This document shows positions 1 to 10,578 of a stretch of DNA of 64,000 nt, one piece after another. Source of the stretch: Nitrosarchaeum sp. (lineage in GTDB: Archaea; Thermoproteota; Nitrososphaeria; Nitrososphaerales; Nitrosopumilaceae). The number at the start of each line of letters is the position of its first letter. Within the stretch, counting starts at the first letter, position 1. The stretch spans positions 1,472,001 to 1,536,000 of the forward strand of contig OZ245020.1 of NCBI GenBank assembly GCA_965223865.1. The letters are read 5' to 3'. The position numbers and the translations under genes were made by a program. Below the pieces are notes generated by a model. The model was not told where the DNA came from and did not search any database. It saw nothing but the letters and a program-made list of their open reading frames with translations.

Positions 1-219
1 AATTTCTTTTAATTCATCAGGAGTAATATGTCTATGATGAGTTACATGGTGATAAAGAACTGCCAGGCCTTCTATCATCCCAATAAAATGTCCGTATCTC
101 CAATCAGATTCATTAACGAAATTCCAACCCACATTTTTTTGAATTGGGTTTAGAACACTATTGTTTGCAATAATATTTGACCATCTAGAAATTTCATGAA
201 GAATAGAGTTTTGTACCAT
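1..219 (-). CDS. hypothetical protein, partial (runs off window)
   Basis: Manual translation from ATG at 219: MVQNSILHEISRWSN...DWRYGHFIGMIEGLAVLYHHVTHHRHITPDELKEI, open to position 1. Confidence 0.6.
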   Translation of the reverse strand, partial: MVQNSILHEISRWSNIIANNSVLNPIQKNVGWNFVNESDWRYGHFIGMIEGLAVLYHHVTHHRHITPDELKEI

Positions 220-330
220 TCTTTCAGTGCCATATCCTATGAACAATACAAAACTAGAATATTGTTGTGGTTTTTATCAAATTTGAAAATCATAAATTAT
301 CTAATATGGTACGATGCATTCTATTAGTAT

Positions 331-471
331 ATGGCAAATGATGAAAACAATAATGAAAAACAAAAAGAATGGAAAGAATTAGAACATGAGGAAATGAAAG
401 AAGAGGCTCATCAGCTTGATCTAAAAGAAGGTTATGAGCAAGATGAAGAATATGAAGAATCCGAAGAATGA
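331..471 (+). CDS. very acidic 46-aa microprotein
   Basis: Manual translation MANDENNNEKQKEWKELEHEEMKEEAHQLDLKEGYEQDEEYEESEE; purine-rich coding-like composition; explains the antisense 290..502 ORF. Confidence 0.6.
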   Translation: MANDENNNEKQKEWKELEHEEMKEEAHQLDLKEGYEQDEEYEESEE

Positions 472-618
472 GTAGTAGAAAATTTGTAAAGGTTTTTGTC
501 ATTCAATTAACAACCAACTTTCATCAGCAAATTCATTTGTAATACAATACTGATCTAAAATTTCAAGTGAGCATTTACAAGTAATTATTCAATCAGATTT
601 TTATCTGAACAAGTGCAA

Positions 619-870
619 TCATTTAGGAATGGATTTAATGATATCTGTTATTTCAGTCCATCAATTGCAGGTTTTGAATGCCAAAATACATTTGTCAAAA
701 TTGTAAAAACAATGCCAACGCCTCTAATTTCAAATATGTCCCTTCTAAATTATGTCGATATGAACTCAGAATCCTAAGTTTTAGCTTATGGAATTAACGT
801 AATTGTATTTAATTTGGGAATGTATTTTGAAATACATATAGCTATATGGCAGATCAAAAAACAATTCTAA
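619..870 (+). pseudogene. decayed CFI-box-CTERM C-terminal remnant
   Basis: SFRNGFNDICYFSPSIAGFECQN...TPLISNMSLLNYVDMNSES*VLAYGINVIVFNLGMYF aligns to the C-terminus of 1717..2880; TAA at 775-777 replaces Glu; no upstream domain. Confidence 0.75.
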
Positions 871-897
871 ATTTTTCATACTCAAAATAATTGTAAT

Positions 898-1110
898 TTA
901 GGGAGTAAGATTTTTAAATTCTAAACACTTTGAATCATATTCACCCAAATACTTTTTGCTGTTGAGTTTAGAATCTTTAATGTATAGTTCACAAGTTTCA
1001 GAATCTATTATTTTACTACCACTATTATCACTTGTATAATACTGTAAAGCAAGTACTCCTAACAATGCAATGATTATCACAATGGGCAATTTTTTTGAAG
1101 ATAAATCCAC
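898..1110 (-). CDS. small membrane-anchored hypothetical protein
   Basis: N-terminal TM segment, two Cys. Confidence 0.7.
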   Translation of the reverse strand: MDLSSKKLPIVIIIALLGVLALQYYTSDNSGSKIIDSETCELYIKDSKLNSKKYLGEYDSKCLEFKNLTP

Positions 1111-1191
1111 ATAGTTTTGTGGCTAATTTTGAACTTAAGCGTTTAGCATAAATTTAGAACAGTTTTATCTTGATAATTATTCTAGTTCTTT

Positions 1192-1686
1192 GTGCCAAGG
1201 AGAAAATCAAACAATAAGATCAAAATTGCAATTGCGGTAATTGTTGTAGCAATTGTTATTGGAATTGTATCTCTTTCTGGTTCTGAATCTAAAACTATTG
1301 CAAGTATCTCTCTTGGAAACAACCGAGAATTCCCAAAGGAGACATTACAAACAGAAGATGGAACATACTATGTAGATATGATTGTTGTAAACGGAGCAAA
1401 CCAAGAGGCCAAGACAATCTTTACTGTGAATGGTGAAAATGCCAAAATTAGAATTGGGACTCTGACAGGCTGGGATTACAAACATACATTGCCGTTTACC
1501 AGCGTACCTGATGGATTTCAGAAAAAATATCCTCTTTATGTAATGCCTGATGATCATACTTTTACAATCATGCTCTCACTTGAGACACCTGAAGAGTTAT
1601 CCTCTCCAGAAATCGCATTACAACATCCAAGTATCCTCACATTTGAATATGATGGACAAAATTTCGTTCTGAGTGAACAGAAATGA
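1192..1686 (+). CDS. membrane-anchored/exported hypothetical protein
   Basis: Basic N-terminus plus hydrophobic helix, beta-rich remainder. Confidence 0.75.
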   Translation: MPRRKSNNKIKIAIAVIVVAIVIGIVSLSGSESKTIASISLGNNREFPKETLQTEDGTYYVDMIVVNGANQEAKTIFTVNGENAKIRIGTLTGWDYKHTLPFTSVPDGFQKKYPLYVMPDDHTFTIMLSLETPEELSSPEIALQHPSILTFEYDGQNFVLSEQK

Positions 1687-1716
1687 CCCCATTAATTATG
1701 AAATAACAAGCAAAGA

Positions 1717-2880
1717 TTGGGTTTATTTGTATCGATTTTTTTCACAATTTTATTGAAAATTCCCTTTATTGCAGTAATTTTGTTTCTAGTAGTAGGTTTT
1801 TTCTCCTCGCCTGTTTTTGGGCAAACCACTGAATTAGATTATGATGTTCGTGGAGGAGAAGTTACAGGTATTGACATAGATAACGAAAATAATTCTTTGA
1901 TAATTTTATTGGATACTCGTACAAGAGGAGAACTTGTCATTACGTTACCACGTAGCTTAATTGATGCAAAAATTGATTCTGAAGACACAGAGTTTAAAAT
2001 TTTAGTAAGTGGGCTAGGTCTTAACTTCTTTGATGAGACTAAAACAGAAAAAGATAGAACGATAGCTATTCCATTTAGCAGATCTGATTATGAAGTAATA
2101 ATTACTGGAACTCATCTTTTCGGTCAAGAGAAGTCCCAAAAAAATACAGAAAAAGAAATCGAAGAAACAATTAAAGACGAATTAGAAATGGAGATTCCCA
2201 ACAATCAAGCAAAATTACTGATATTTTCTGATACTCAATGGTCAGGTGCATTTCAATCTTCAAGTTTTCCATTCACCGAAATAAAAGGAGATAATGATGA
2301 CAGTATTGTTTTTACTTGTGATTCATCATTTAATCGTGAAGGTATTTTTGGTGCAAAAATACAAAAATTGACTCAAGATGGATATCTGAAACTAGTAGTA
2401 ATTCAAAATAAAGAAGTGATAACTCAAGGTTCTACTCAAGAAACTTTTGGAGAAGTACTGATTAATGGCAATTGCATTTCTAGTTTGCAATTAGATGATG
2501 GGGTTGGTGGTGGATGTTTGATTGCTACTGCCACATTTGGTTCAGAGTTAGCCCCACAAGTCCAAAAATTAAGAGAAATAAGAGATAATTCCTTGCTTCA
2601 AACAGAGTCAGGCACCGCATTTATGAGTTCATTTAATGATTTTTACTATTCATTTAGTCCAATTATTGCAGATTATGAACGTGAGAATCCAATATTTAGA
2701 GAAATAGTAAAAATCGCACTGACTCCAATGATAACTTCTCTTTCAATTCTGAATTATGTGGAAATGGATTCTGAAGCTGAAGTTTTAGGATATGGAATTA
2801 GTTTAATCATAATTAATGTGGGAATGTACTTTGGATTTCCAATAGGTATGATTATGATAATTCAAAGAAACAAAAGATAG
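1717..2880 (+). CDS. CFI-box-CTERM surface protein
   Basis: Signal peptide; GGGCLIATATFGSELAPQVQ.LRE.RD motif; C-terminal TM. Confidence 0.9.
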   Translation: MGLFVSIFFTILLKIPFIAVILFLVVGFFSSPVFGQTTELDYDVRGGEVTGIDIDNENNSLIILLDTRTRGELVITLPRSLIDAKIDSEDTEFKILVSGLGLNFFDETKTEKDRTIAIPFSRSDYEVIITGTHLFGQEKSQKNTEKEIEETIKDELEMEIPNNQAKLLIFSDTQWSGAFQSSSFPFTEIKGDNDDSIVFTCDSSFNREGIFGAKIQKLTQDGYLKLVVIQNKEVITQGSTQETFGEVLINGNCISSLQLDDGVGGGCLIATATFGSELAPQVQKLREIRDNSLLQTESGTAFMSSFNDFYYSFSPIIADYERENPIFREIVKIALTPMITSLSILNYVEMDSEAEVLGYGISLIIINVGMYFGFPIGMIMIIQRNKR

Positions 2881-3181
2881 AGTATATTAATACTTTTGAG
2901 AAAGATGGTAGGTTGTATTACAGATTTGTTGTGAATAGAAACAACAGATTGAGATCTTCTATACTACAAGATTGAATCAAAGATATTAGAAAAATCAAAC
3001 CTATGACTAGAATTTAATCTGAATGCAGATAGCAAGAGGTTTTGGTTAGGGAGAATTGCAAGTATGGATAATGAAAAAATGAATGAATCTATGCTTTTAC
3101 TATTGAATTACTTTTATAAGAAAAAAATTAATTTTTTTCTGATTCGTTTAGGTTTGTTAATTTGTTTAAATCCTTATGGTT

Positions 3182-3586
3182 CTATAATCCGCCACCAAAA
3201 ATTTCGCTCAGCTCAATAACATACCCATCTACATCTACTATGTAAAATGATTTAGAATTCTCAAACGTAACTGGCCCATTATATAATATTTCAACACCTA
3301 ATTCTTTGCATTTGTCTTCTATTTGTTCGAAATTTCTAACGTGAAAACCAAAGTGGGTTATTCCTCCTTCGGGGGACATGTCTGGTACTTCGTACAAGCA
3401 AAGAAGAACTGAATCATTTCCTATTATTTTTGAAGGAACCTTCAATTTGTTTGGAAAATTGTCTTCTACCTTTACTTCAAATCCAAATAGATCCTTGTAA
3501 AACTTTATGCTTTGTTCCAAGTTTTTGACTTTCATATTGATGTGATCAATTGCTGTTGCTTTGAGATAATTACTCATAAACACCAT
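3182..3586 (-). CDS. VOC/glyoxalase family protein
   Basis: IDHINMKV..LE.SI.FY..LFGF, HFGFHV and YIVDVDG.VIEL motifs. Confidence 0.9.
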   Translation of the reverse strand: MVFMSNYLKATAIDHINMKVKNLEQSIKFYKDLFGFEVKVEDNFPNKLKVPSKIIGNDSVLLCLYEVPDMSPEGGITHFGFHVRNFEQIEDKCKELGVEILYNGPVTFENSKSFYIVDVDGYVIELSEIFGGGL

Positions 3587-3725
3587 TGATTGAAATAATA
3601 ATTAAAGGATACCAAAATTAGAAACAGCTAATTAGTTCAGACTATTAATTCTGATTCTAGACAATGAGAATGATAATTATTACCTGTCTCTAATTTGTAC
3701 TCTAATTGTCCAATTTAAATAATTT

Positions 3726-3833
3726 TTAGACATTATTGTCTTGGTTATCTGAACTTACACCTATAGCAGCAAGAATGTGTCCAGTGGTATCGGCAATAAA
3801 ATCAACAGCTACATCTAGCAAATCTTCAGCCAT
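3726..3833 (-). CDS. putative 35-aa peptide or gene remnant
   Basis: Manual translation MAEDLLDVAVDFIADTTGHILAAIGVSSDNQDNNV, downstream of fusA. Confidence 0.3.
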   Translation of the reverse strand: MAEDLLDVAVDFIADTTGHILAAIGVSSDNQDNNV

Positions 3834-3999
3834 ATTGAAAATACATGGATGATCTATTAAGCATTATTCCACGTGGGCGTTATTCCAAATACCATAACCA
3901 TATCTCCATACATGTTGTACTCCCAATCAAATTTGAACTAGAACTTACGCTTTACGACAAGTGTCATAAATCCACGCCTAATTTGGGGGATTTCTATTT

Positions 4000-6192
4000 T
4001 TACTCTTTGTCAATGAATTCATTAACTCCTGGGGGTTCAGGTGCAAGTCCTTTTCTCTTTCTAATGTCAGCAATTGCTGTAGCATGCATTGATTTTGGAA
4101 CTTCAGACCATTCCTTAAAGGAGGTATTCCAAGTTGCACGCCCTGCAGTTTGACCTCTCATCTCTTCAGATAAAGTAAATGTCTCGGAAGCTGGGATCTC
4201 ACCTGTTACGATACTTGAGGCACCCTTTTGTACCATATCAAGTACTTTGCCACGTTTACCAGAAAGCACAGTTGCAACATTTCCAACCAAATCAGTTGGA
4301 ACTCTAACCTCAATTGCTAGCATTGGTTCTAAGATTGTAGTGCCAGCAGTTAATAGTGCACCCATACAGGCACGTCTAGATGCAGGACCCAATTGAGATA
4401 AGCCCCTGTGAGCAGTATCCTCATGAGGAACAAAGTGAGTAAAGATGAATTTACAGTCCCTCATCTGTTCTTTACATAGAGGACCCTCTTTCATTACTTC
4501 TTCAAATCCAGAATTAATTGAATCAGTAGATTCTTGAACAAACTGAACACCTTTAGTGCCATTTATCAAAACATTTCCACGAGAATCAAACTTCATGACT
4601 CTTTTAATGGTATCAGTATCCCAACCTTCTTTCTTGAGAAGATCAGATACCTCTTTCTTATCTTTCATGTCGCTAATTTGACCAGTTCTAAGCATGTTAG
4701 CAATAGCAGGCTCTAAGGGTTCAACTTTCATGAATATCTTGTTGTGTCTGTTTGGAGATTTTGACATGATTGGCTCACATGTTCCTTTGACAGTTTCTCT
4801 GTAATTGATAAGTGGTTCAGATGTAATAATTTCCACTTTAGCATCTTGGATTCTATGGGTTGCAACATCAAGATGCAGTACACCCATTCCGGCAACAATT
4901 GTTTCACCGCTTTCCTCATCGATTTTAACTACCAAGTTAGGATCTTCAATGGTTAATTGTTTTAGAACTTCAACTAGTTTTGGCAAATCCTTAGGATGTT
5001 TTGGTTCAACTGCAACTTGAACAACGGGTTCTGATACGTACTTTACACCTTCAAACAAAGGCATCTCTTTAATTGATGACACAGTATTTCCTGCTCTTGC
5101 TTCAGTTAATCCCAAAAGTGCAGGGATGTTTCCAGAACCAAGTTCACCGACTTGTTCTCTTTGGTTACCCATGAAAAAGTTAACAGATTGAACTCTTCCT
5201 TCTCTTTTTGCATCAATAATGTTAATTGTTTGACCATCCTTTATTTTTCCAGAAAATAGTCGTCCTATGGCAACAGGTCCTGCTGCAGGATCCAAAACCA
5301 TATTTACAATCATCATAATTGTTGGACCATCATCACTACAGGCAAGCAATGCTTTTCCAATATCTGAATCTAAATCTCCGTGCCAAATTTGAGGAATTCT
5401 GTAACGTTGTGCCACGTGTGGTGGAGGATGATGTTTTACAACCATTCCCAATACGGCATCGGCCAATGGGGCTTTTTCTACTAGGTCAGCGACTTTTTCG
5501 TTTTGATATGCATCAATAACATCTTTGAAAGTAATTCCTCTCTCTTTCATCAGGTCAATATTGATAGCCCATCTATCTTTTGCAGAGCCAAATGTAACAC
5601 TTGCATCCTGAATAGATACTTTCCATTGTTCCTTGTATTCTGGTTCAGCATAGGTGTCAACTAACTGATTAAAGTTTGATACAACATTTGCAAGTGTTTC
5701 TTGCATTTTTTCAGGAGTTAATCGTAATTCCTTGATGAGCCTATCGACCTTGTTAATGAAGAGTACAGGTTTTACACGCTCTTCAAGTGCCATTCTAGTT
5801 ACTGTTTCAGTCTGAGTCATGATTCCCTCTACGGCATCACAAACTACTACTGCACCATCAATGGCCCTAAGACTTCGGATAACTCTACCACTAAAATCTA
5901 CGTGTCCTGGAGTATCAATCATGTTAATGACATATTCAGTTCCCTTTTGTGCAAAGTGTAAGGTAACGTTTGCCTGGTAAATTGTAATTCCCCTTTCTTG
6001 CTCCTCTTTGTCAAAATCCATTGCCAATGCCTTTCCAGCAGCTGATGGAGCAATAATTCCTGAATAAGCTAAAAGGCTGTCACTCATGGTAGTTTTTCCA
6101 TGGTCAACATGAGCAATAACACCAAAGTTTCTAATTTGGTCCTTATTTTTGATAATTTTCAAAACTTCGCCTGTCGACTTGAATTTTACCAT
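4000..6192 (-). CDS. fusA: translation elongation factor EF-2
   Basis: AHVDHGKTT, RGIT, DTPGHVDF, NKVD, diphthamide-loop HEDTAHRG; 730 aa. Confidence 0.98.
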   Translation of the reverse strand: MVKFKSTGEVLKIIKNKDQIRNFGVIAHVDHGKTTMSDSLLAYSGIIAPSAAGKALAMDFDKEEQERGITIYQANVTLHFAQKGTEYVINMIDTPGHVDFSGRVIRSLRAIDGAVVVCDAVEGIMTQTETVTRMALEERVKPVLFINKVDRLIKELRLTPEKMQETLANVVSNFNQLVDTYAEPEYKEQWKVSIQDASVTFGSAKDRWAINIDLMKERGITFKDVIDAYQNEKVADLVEKAPLADAVLGMVVKHHPPPHVAQRYRIPQIWHGDLDSDIGKALLACSDDGPTIMMIVNMVLDPAAGPVAIGRLFSGKIKDGQTINIIDAKREGRVQSVNFFMGNQREQVGELGSGNIPALLGLTEARAGNTVSSIKEMPLFEGVKYVSEPVVQVAVEPKHPKDLPKLVEVLKQLTIEDPNLVVKIDEESGETIVAGMGVLHLDVATHRIQDAKVEIITSEPLINYRETVKGTCEPIMSKSPNRHNKIFMKVEPLEPAIANMLRTGQISDMKDKKEVSDLLKKEGWDTDTIKRVMKFDSRGNVLINGTKGVQFVQESTDSINSGFEEVMKEGPLCKEQMRDCKFIFTHFVPHEDTAHRGLSQLGPASRRACMGALLTAGTTILEPMLAIEVRVPTDLVGNVATVLSGKRGKVLDMVQKGASSIVTGEIPASETFTLSEEMRGQTAGRATWNTSFKEWSEVPKSMHATAIADIRKRKGLAPEPPGVNEFIDKE

Positions 6193-6241
6193 ATTCGCAA
6201 ACCGAGTTATTCAGCTATTAAACCTTATGAGAAAATCAGGA

Positions 6242-7150
6242 TCAATAGATCATAATATCACTTACATTACGAAATTTTTTTGCCAATACAAAGTGACAGT
6301 CTTGTTGGCCTCTTTTTTTGGCTTCAAATAATGGTAACAATTGTGAAAAAAATGCATAGTAAAGTACATTTGATATCTTGTTTTTGGATTTAAAATCAGG
6401 ATGAATTACAGTCAATCCAATTTTTTTCAAGCTTTTTGCAAGTTGTATGGTGTGAAGGTTCTTTTCTTCAAAAATTATCACAGTGTCTCCTTTTTTGGCA
6501 GAAAACAACTCCATATGAGAAAATTGCTCTATTTTCTCAAAATGTACATCATGTCCCAAAATTTCATAAAATTTTGCTGCACAATACATGGCCAAAGGAT
6601 ATGTTGTTAAATTTCCCAAGACAAAGATTCTTTTTGAGAATTTTGATTTTTTTGCATCTGAATATGCTTTTTTGTAGATTTTATTACCATCAGGAATTGT
6701 GATTTTTTTTACAAGAGATATGCAGGTTAGCGCACTATCCAAGAAGCTTATGCTTCCAGCAGTAAATACATCAGAGTTTGGAGATTTTAAGGGAATTGTA
6801 TTGGTACATACATTTGACAATTTACTAGCCGAATTTGATGTAATTGCAATTGATTTTTTGGCTGTTTTTGCTACTTTGATGTTAGATATGGTTTTTCCAG
6901 AAATTGAAACAAAGTAGACAGCCTTATTTTTTGACAGATTCTTATTTTTTAACAGATCAAGAGGATCAATTGCTTTTACTTTGAAATTTGAAAAAGACTC
7001 TGCAAGCATTGCAGATGCTAATGAATCACCACTGCCTGTAAAAATTGTGTTTTTTTGCTGATTCTCAGATAGCGTTTTTTGTTTTTGAAATTTTTTTAAA
7101 AATTCAACTTGGAGTTGAATGTCATTTTCATATGCCTCTAGTGTCTTCAA
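6242..7150 (-). CDS. SIS-domain sugar isomerase-like protein (start probably TTG 7150)
   Basis: FTGSGDS, VSISGKT and EQFSHMELF tandem SIS motifs. Confidence 0.8.
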   Translation of the reverse strand: MKTLEAYENDIQLQVEFLKKFQKQKTLSENQQKNTIFTGSGDSLASAMLAESFSNFKVKAIDPLDLLKNKNLSKNKAVYFVSISGKTISNIKVAKTAKKSIAITSNSASKLSNVCTNTIPLKSPNSDVFTAGSISFLDSALTCISLVKKITIPDGNKIYKKAYSDAKKSKFSKRIFVLGNLTTYPLAMYCAAKFYEILGHDVHFEKIEQFSHMELFSAKKGDTVIIFEEKNLHTIQLAKSLKKIGLTVIHPDFKSKNKISNVLYYAFFSQLLPLFEAKKRGQQDCHFVLAKKFRNVSDIMIY

Positions 7151-7284
7151 TGATAAACTAAAACAATGTTGCATATATTAGAAAAACTATTGAGCCGATC
7201 ATTTCTTGAATTAATTTAAAGTATTGATGTAAAAAAATCAAAATAAATATTTTGATTTTTATAACCACAAAGTACGGAGAAAAT

Positions 7285-8112
7285 GTGGAAATTTCTGTAG
7301 GACATACACCTGATTCAGATGATGCATTCATGTTTTATGGTATGTTTACTGAAAAGATTTCATCGCCAGATTTTACAGTAAAACATGTTATTGAAGATAT
7401 TGAAAAACTAAACAAAAAAGCTACAAATCCAGAACTAGATGTAACTGCAGTATCTGTTCATGCATGTGCGTATATTCCTGGATACACAATTTTGAGAAGT
7501 GGTGGAAGTTTTGGTATCGGATATGGTCCAATTGTTACTTCAACAAAGCAAATGACAATTGATGAAATCAAAAAAGCAAAAATTGCAATTCCAGGTAAGA
7601 TGACATCTGCATTTTTATTATTACAACTAATGATTGGGAAATTTGATTATGTTGAGATGAATTTTAGTGATATTCCAGAGGCAGTAAAATCAGGTAAGGT
7701 TGATGCAGGTCTTGTAATTCATGAGACTCAGCTATCCTATGAACAAGAAGGCAACGTAAAGATTTTAGATGTCGGTGAATGGTGGGATAAAACTACAGGA
7801 GGATTACCTGTACCATTAGGAATCAATGTAATGAAGACAAGCCTAGGTATGGAATTAATTCATAAATTCGATAAATACCTACAAGAATCAATCGAATACG
7901 GATTACAGCACTTAGATGATGCAATAGAATATGCCATGCAATACAGTAGAGGAAAATCAAGAGATTTAATTGAAAAATTTGTAAAAATGTATGTAAACAA
8001 AGTTACTATCAACATGGGAGATAAAGGAGAAGAATCAATCAGGAGATTGTTTGAAATGGCAAAAGAGAAGAATCTTGTTCCAGAATTTGAACTAAGTATT
8101 GTCATCAAGTAA
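7285..8112 (+). CDS. mqnD: 1,4-dihydroxy-6-naphthoate synthase (futalosine menaquinone pathway)
   Basis: GHTPDSDDAFMFYG, GxSFGxGYGP, IHETQL, LPVPLG motifs; GTG start at 7285. Confidence 0.85.
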   Translation: MEISVGHTPDSDDAFMFYGMFTEKISSPDFTVKHVIEDIEKLNKKATNPELDVTAVSVHACAYIPGYTILRSGGSFGIGYGPIVTSTKQMTIDEIKKAKIAIPGKMTSAFLLLQLMIGKFDYVEMNFSDIPEAVKSGKVDAGLVIHETQLSYEQEGNVKILDVGEWWDKTTGGLPVPLGINVMKTSLGMELIHKFDKYLQESIEYGLQHLDDAIEYAMQYSRGKSRDLIEKFVKMYVNKVTINMGDKGEESIRRLFEMAKEKNLVPEFELSIVIK

Positions 8113-8138
8113 TTATATCACAAAAATTCGTCAAATTC

Positions 8139-8429
8139 ATGGGAGATGGAATTGGAGGACCAGTTATTGAGTGTCTGTCTCATAACGCATTTCAGTTATT
8201 AATAACACATTTTCGTAAAGACAATAAAGAAGAATACGGAAAAACTGAAAAGATAATTATCGCAAAAATTGATGATCCAGACAATCCTCAATATGAGGAA
8301 CCAACACATGAGGATTTGGAGAGGGCTCTGAAGGGAAAATTTGTTTCATGTAATGTACAATATAGAGATTCTAAAACAGATGCTCTGGTTTGTAATGTAT
8401 TTGTTCAAAAACCTCCAGAAGGTTTCTAG
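8139..8429 (+). CDS. hypothetical protein
   Basis: 96-aa ORF co-oriented with mqnD. Confidence 0.75.
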   Translation: MGDGIGGPVIECLSHNAFQLLITHFRKDNKEEYGKTEKIIIAKIDDPDNPQYEEPTHEDLERALKGKFVSCNVQYRDSKTDALVCNVFVQKPPEGF

Positions 8430-8486
8430 TGCCAAGCTATAGAAAATCCCTAAAATATAATAAAAACAAATTACTAGTGATAATAA

Positions 8487-8765
8487 ATGTTCTTGGTAGA
8501 TAAAAAAATTCTTTCTGGAGGAATTGCTATGTTAATTGTTGGAGGAGTAATTTTACTATATTTGAATTCAGTAGTTCCTGCAGGTCAAGCTGGAATGACG
8601 GAGGAAGAGATTCTAGAATTAATGATTAAAGAGCAAGAAAATCAAGACATGAATACCCTTGCGGGAATTCTATTTGGAGTAGGATTTTTGTTGGTTTTAA
8701 TCAGTTTTGGGGCAAGAAGAAGGAAAGGCAGTGCCAAAAAAGAAGAAAAAAAACCAGCAGAGTAA
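8487..8765 (+). CDS. two-TM membrane protein
   Basis: Two hydrophobic helices, basic tail. Confidence 0.8.
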   Translation: MFLVDKKILSGGIAMLIVGGVILLYLNSVVPAGQAGMTEEEILELMIKEQENQDMNTLAGILFGVGFLLVLISFGARRRKGSAKKEEKKPAE

Positions 8766-8859
8766 ATTAAAACCGTTTAGTTCAGAACTAATTTAATTCT
8801 AAATTCTCTGAGTGAAAATAAGCAAAACCAATAACAATAATTTCTAATTGTATAGTATT

Positions 8860-9081
8860 ATGCATTGTAATGGAATCTGTGTGAATTACAAGGCTACTAG
8901 TAATAGCTCTGAAGGAGGCAGATATGAACAGGGCCAAAAACGATGTCACGAATGTGAAATATTCATCAAATGGGAGGGTCTTTGGTGTCCATGCTGTGGA
9001 CACTTGTTAAGAACAAAACCTAGAGGTACAAAATTAAAACGCAGATTATTATTAAGAAAACGAGATAGAGAAGAAAATTAA
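8860..9081 (+). CDS. small Zn-ribbon protein
   Basis: CNGIC, CHEC and CPCCG motifs, basic tail. Confidence 0.8.
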   Translation: MHCNGICVNYKATSNSSEGGRYEQGQKRCHECEIFIKWEGLWCPCCGHLLRTKPRGTKLKRRLLLRKRDREEN

Positions 9082-9142
9082 CGAGTCATCTTCAAATGAC
9101 AATTTTAGAAATTAATGATAATTAAGGATTGAATTCAAATAG

Positions 9143-9385
9143 GTGTATTATTTTTGTTCTAGCGGGTCAGATTTGAAAATCATCATTAAAAACAGCAATC
9201 CGATCAGATTTTATCATCATCCTAGAGAGGTAACCATTCATCCAAAAACTAAAACTGTTAAGACCTTTAATGCAGATGGTTCTTTACTTGAAACATTCAA
9301 GCTTGTTAACAAAGAAACATCATGGAATGAAGATTTTGAAAATGACCAAACTGAAATCATAATCACTTTGCATGTTGAAAAATAA
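9143..9385 (+). CDS. hypothetical protein (start uncertain)
   Basis: Protein-like beta-rich ORF. Confidence 0.6.
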   Translation: MYYFCSSGSDLKIIIKNSNPIRFYHHPREVTIHPKTKTVKTFNADGSLLETFKLVNKETSWNEDFENDQTEIIITLHVEK

Positions 9386-9490
9386 AAAAAATTAGACTTT
9401 TGCTTCATATTTTGCTAGTCAAAGTCTCATCAATTACATCTAATTTGCAATCATACTAGAAGAAACAACTCTTATCAAAAGGGACAAAGT

Positions 9491-9724
9491 CTAAAATTTT
9501 AGAGTTTTTTTCTTGATAGCATCTTTGATTATCTCAACATATTGTTCTATGATGCAATCTCTCAAAGAAGTTGGCATTTCACTAACATCAAACTTTTCTA
9601 TCATCTTTGATTTCTTTCTTACCACAAATCTTACTGGACGTGGAACATTTTCAGTATATTTTTTGTTAACGTAATCTATGATTTCTTCAATATCGGATTT
9701 ATCCATCGTATTATTGTTGTTCAA
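9491..9724 (-). CDS. hypothetical protein
   Basis: Plausible ORF, likely start MDKSDIEE. Confidence 0.7.
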   Translation of the reverse strand: MNNNNTMDKSDIEEIIDYVNKKYTENVPRPVRFVVRKKSKMIEKFDVSEMPTSLRDCIIEQYVEIIKDAIKKKTLKF

Positions 9725-9790
9725 TGTTGTAAATAAGTTAACATTACAATGTCAGAATTTAGTTTTTCAAATTTTAGGGATTAAATGTTT

Positions 9791-9907
9791 CTAGTCGTAC
9801 TCTATTTTTTTACTTTCACAAATTGGACATACAATTCTAAGAACTACCACATGCAAAATCTCAGACTTGCAGGATTTACATCGAAAGTTACGCATTGTAA
9901 TTCTCAT
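9791..9907 (-). CDS. 38-aa Zn-ribbon microprotein
   Basis: Manual translation MRITMRNFRCKSCKSEILHVVVLRIVCPICESKKIEYD (CxxC...CPxC). Confidence 0.65.
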   Translation of the reverse strand: MRITMRNFRCKSCKSEILHVVVLRIVCPICESKKIEYD

Positions 9908-10495
9908 GGGATCACAGTTTCTTTTTAGAGATTAAAGAGAAGGTTATTGTGAAATCAATTGAATTTTTTTTGGACTTTGGTTTATCAACAACATTTCTAA
10001 AACTTGATTCTAACAGGGCATACATCAAGTCGTCAAAATGTTTTTGAATTTCTTTTGCTTTTTCCATTATGGTTAATTTAGAACATATGTAATAATACTG
10101 AGATTTTTCAATGTAGCTAAAAAGTTATAATTTCAGCTAATGTACATTTTTGTCTTTTGTACATCCATATTTTTTGGGAGGTAGTCTTGTTAATTGAATT
10201 TCCGTACAAGTATTCAATCTATCTCCTTCTTTTTTCCCAGATTTAATTCAAAATTGAATAAGAGCTAAATATTATTTCTCAAATGCATGGAATACAGACT
10301 CTAAATTACCACTGCTATTAGAGTAATGCAATATTTCTCCATGAGGCAGGGTAGTTTTGCCAACATACTTCATTATTCCATCCTTACAAAATTTGTTTAA
10401 AAGCTTGATGAATGATTTATCACTAACATGAATTAACGCTGAAACAAGACTATCCACGAATTCATAATTTATAAAAAAACAAATCAAAATTTGTT

Positions 10496-10578
10496 AAAAT
10501 AGAAGGTACCTGACTGCAAGACTCCCATGGCAGCCAGGATATGGTCGGTTAAACGGTATGGCAAGTGCTTAACTTAAT
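10496..10578 (-). ncRNA. candidate small hairpin RNA, copy A
   Basis: 9-bp GC-rich stem 10509-10517/10530-10538, complete only on the minus strand (G-U); conserved ATTAxGTTAAGC 5' motif and TTCTATTTT 3' end shared with copy B. Confidence 0.4.

Noticed and set aside
290-502. 70-aa His/Leu-rich minus-strand ORF
   Set aside because: Antisense shadow of the acidic plus-strand ORF 331..471.
4000-6192. fusA lying outside a rps12-rps7-tuf cluster
   Set aside because: To my knowledge a dispersed arrangement is normal in this lineage, and the gene itself is canonical.
3845-6917. Short ORFs antisense or out of frame within fusA and the SIS gene, and similar ones across the window (e.g. 14541, 16804, 17833, 29014, 35732, 46162, 56638)
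   Set aside because: Shadow ORFs of well-supported genes with no motifs of their own.
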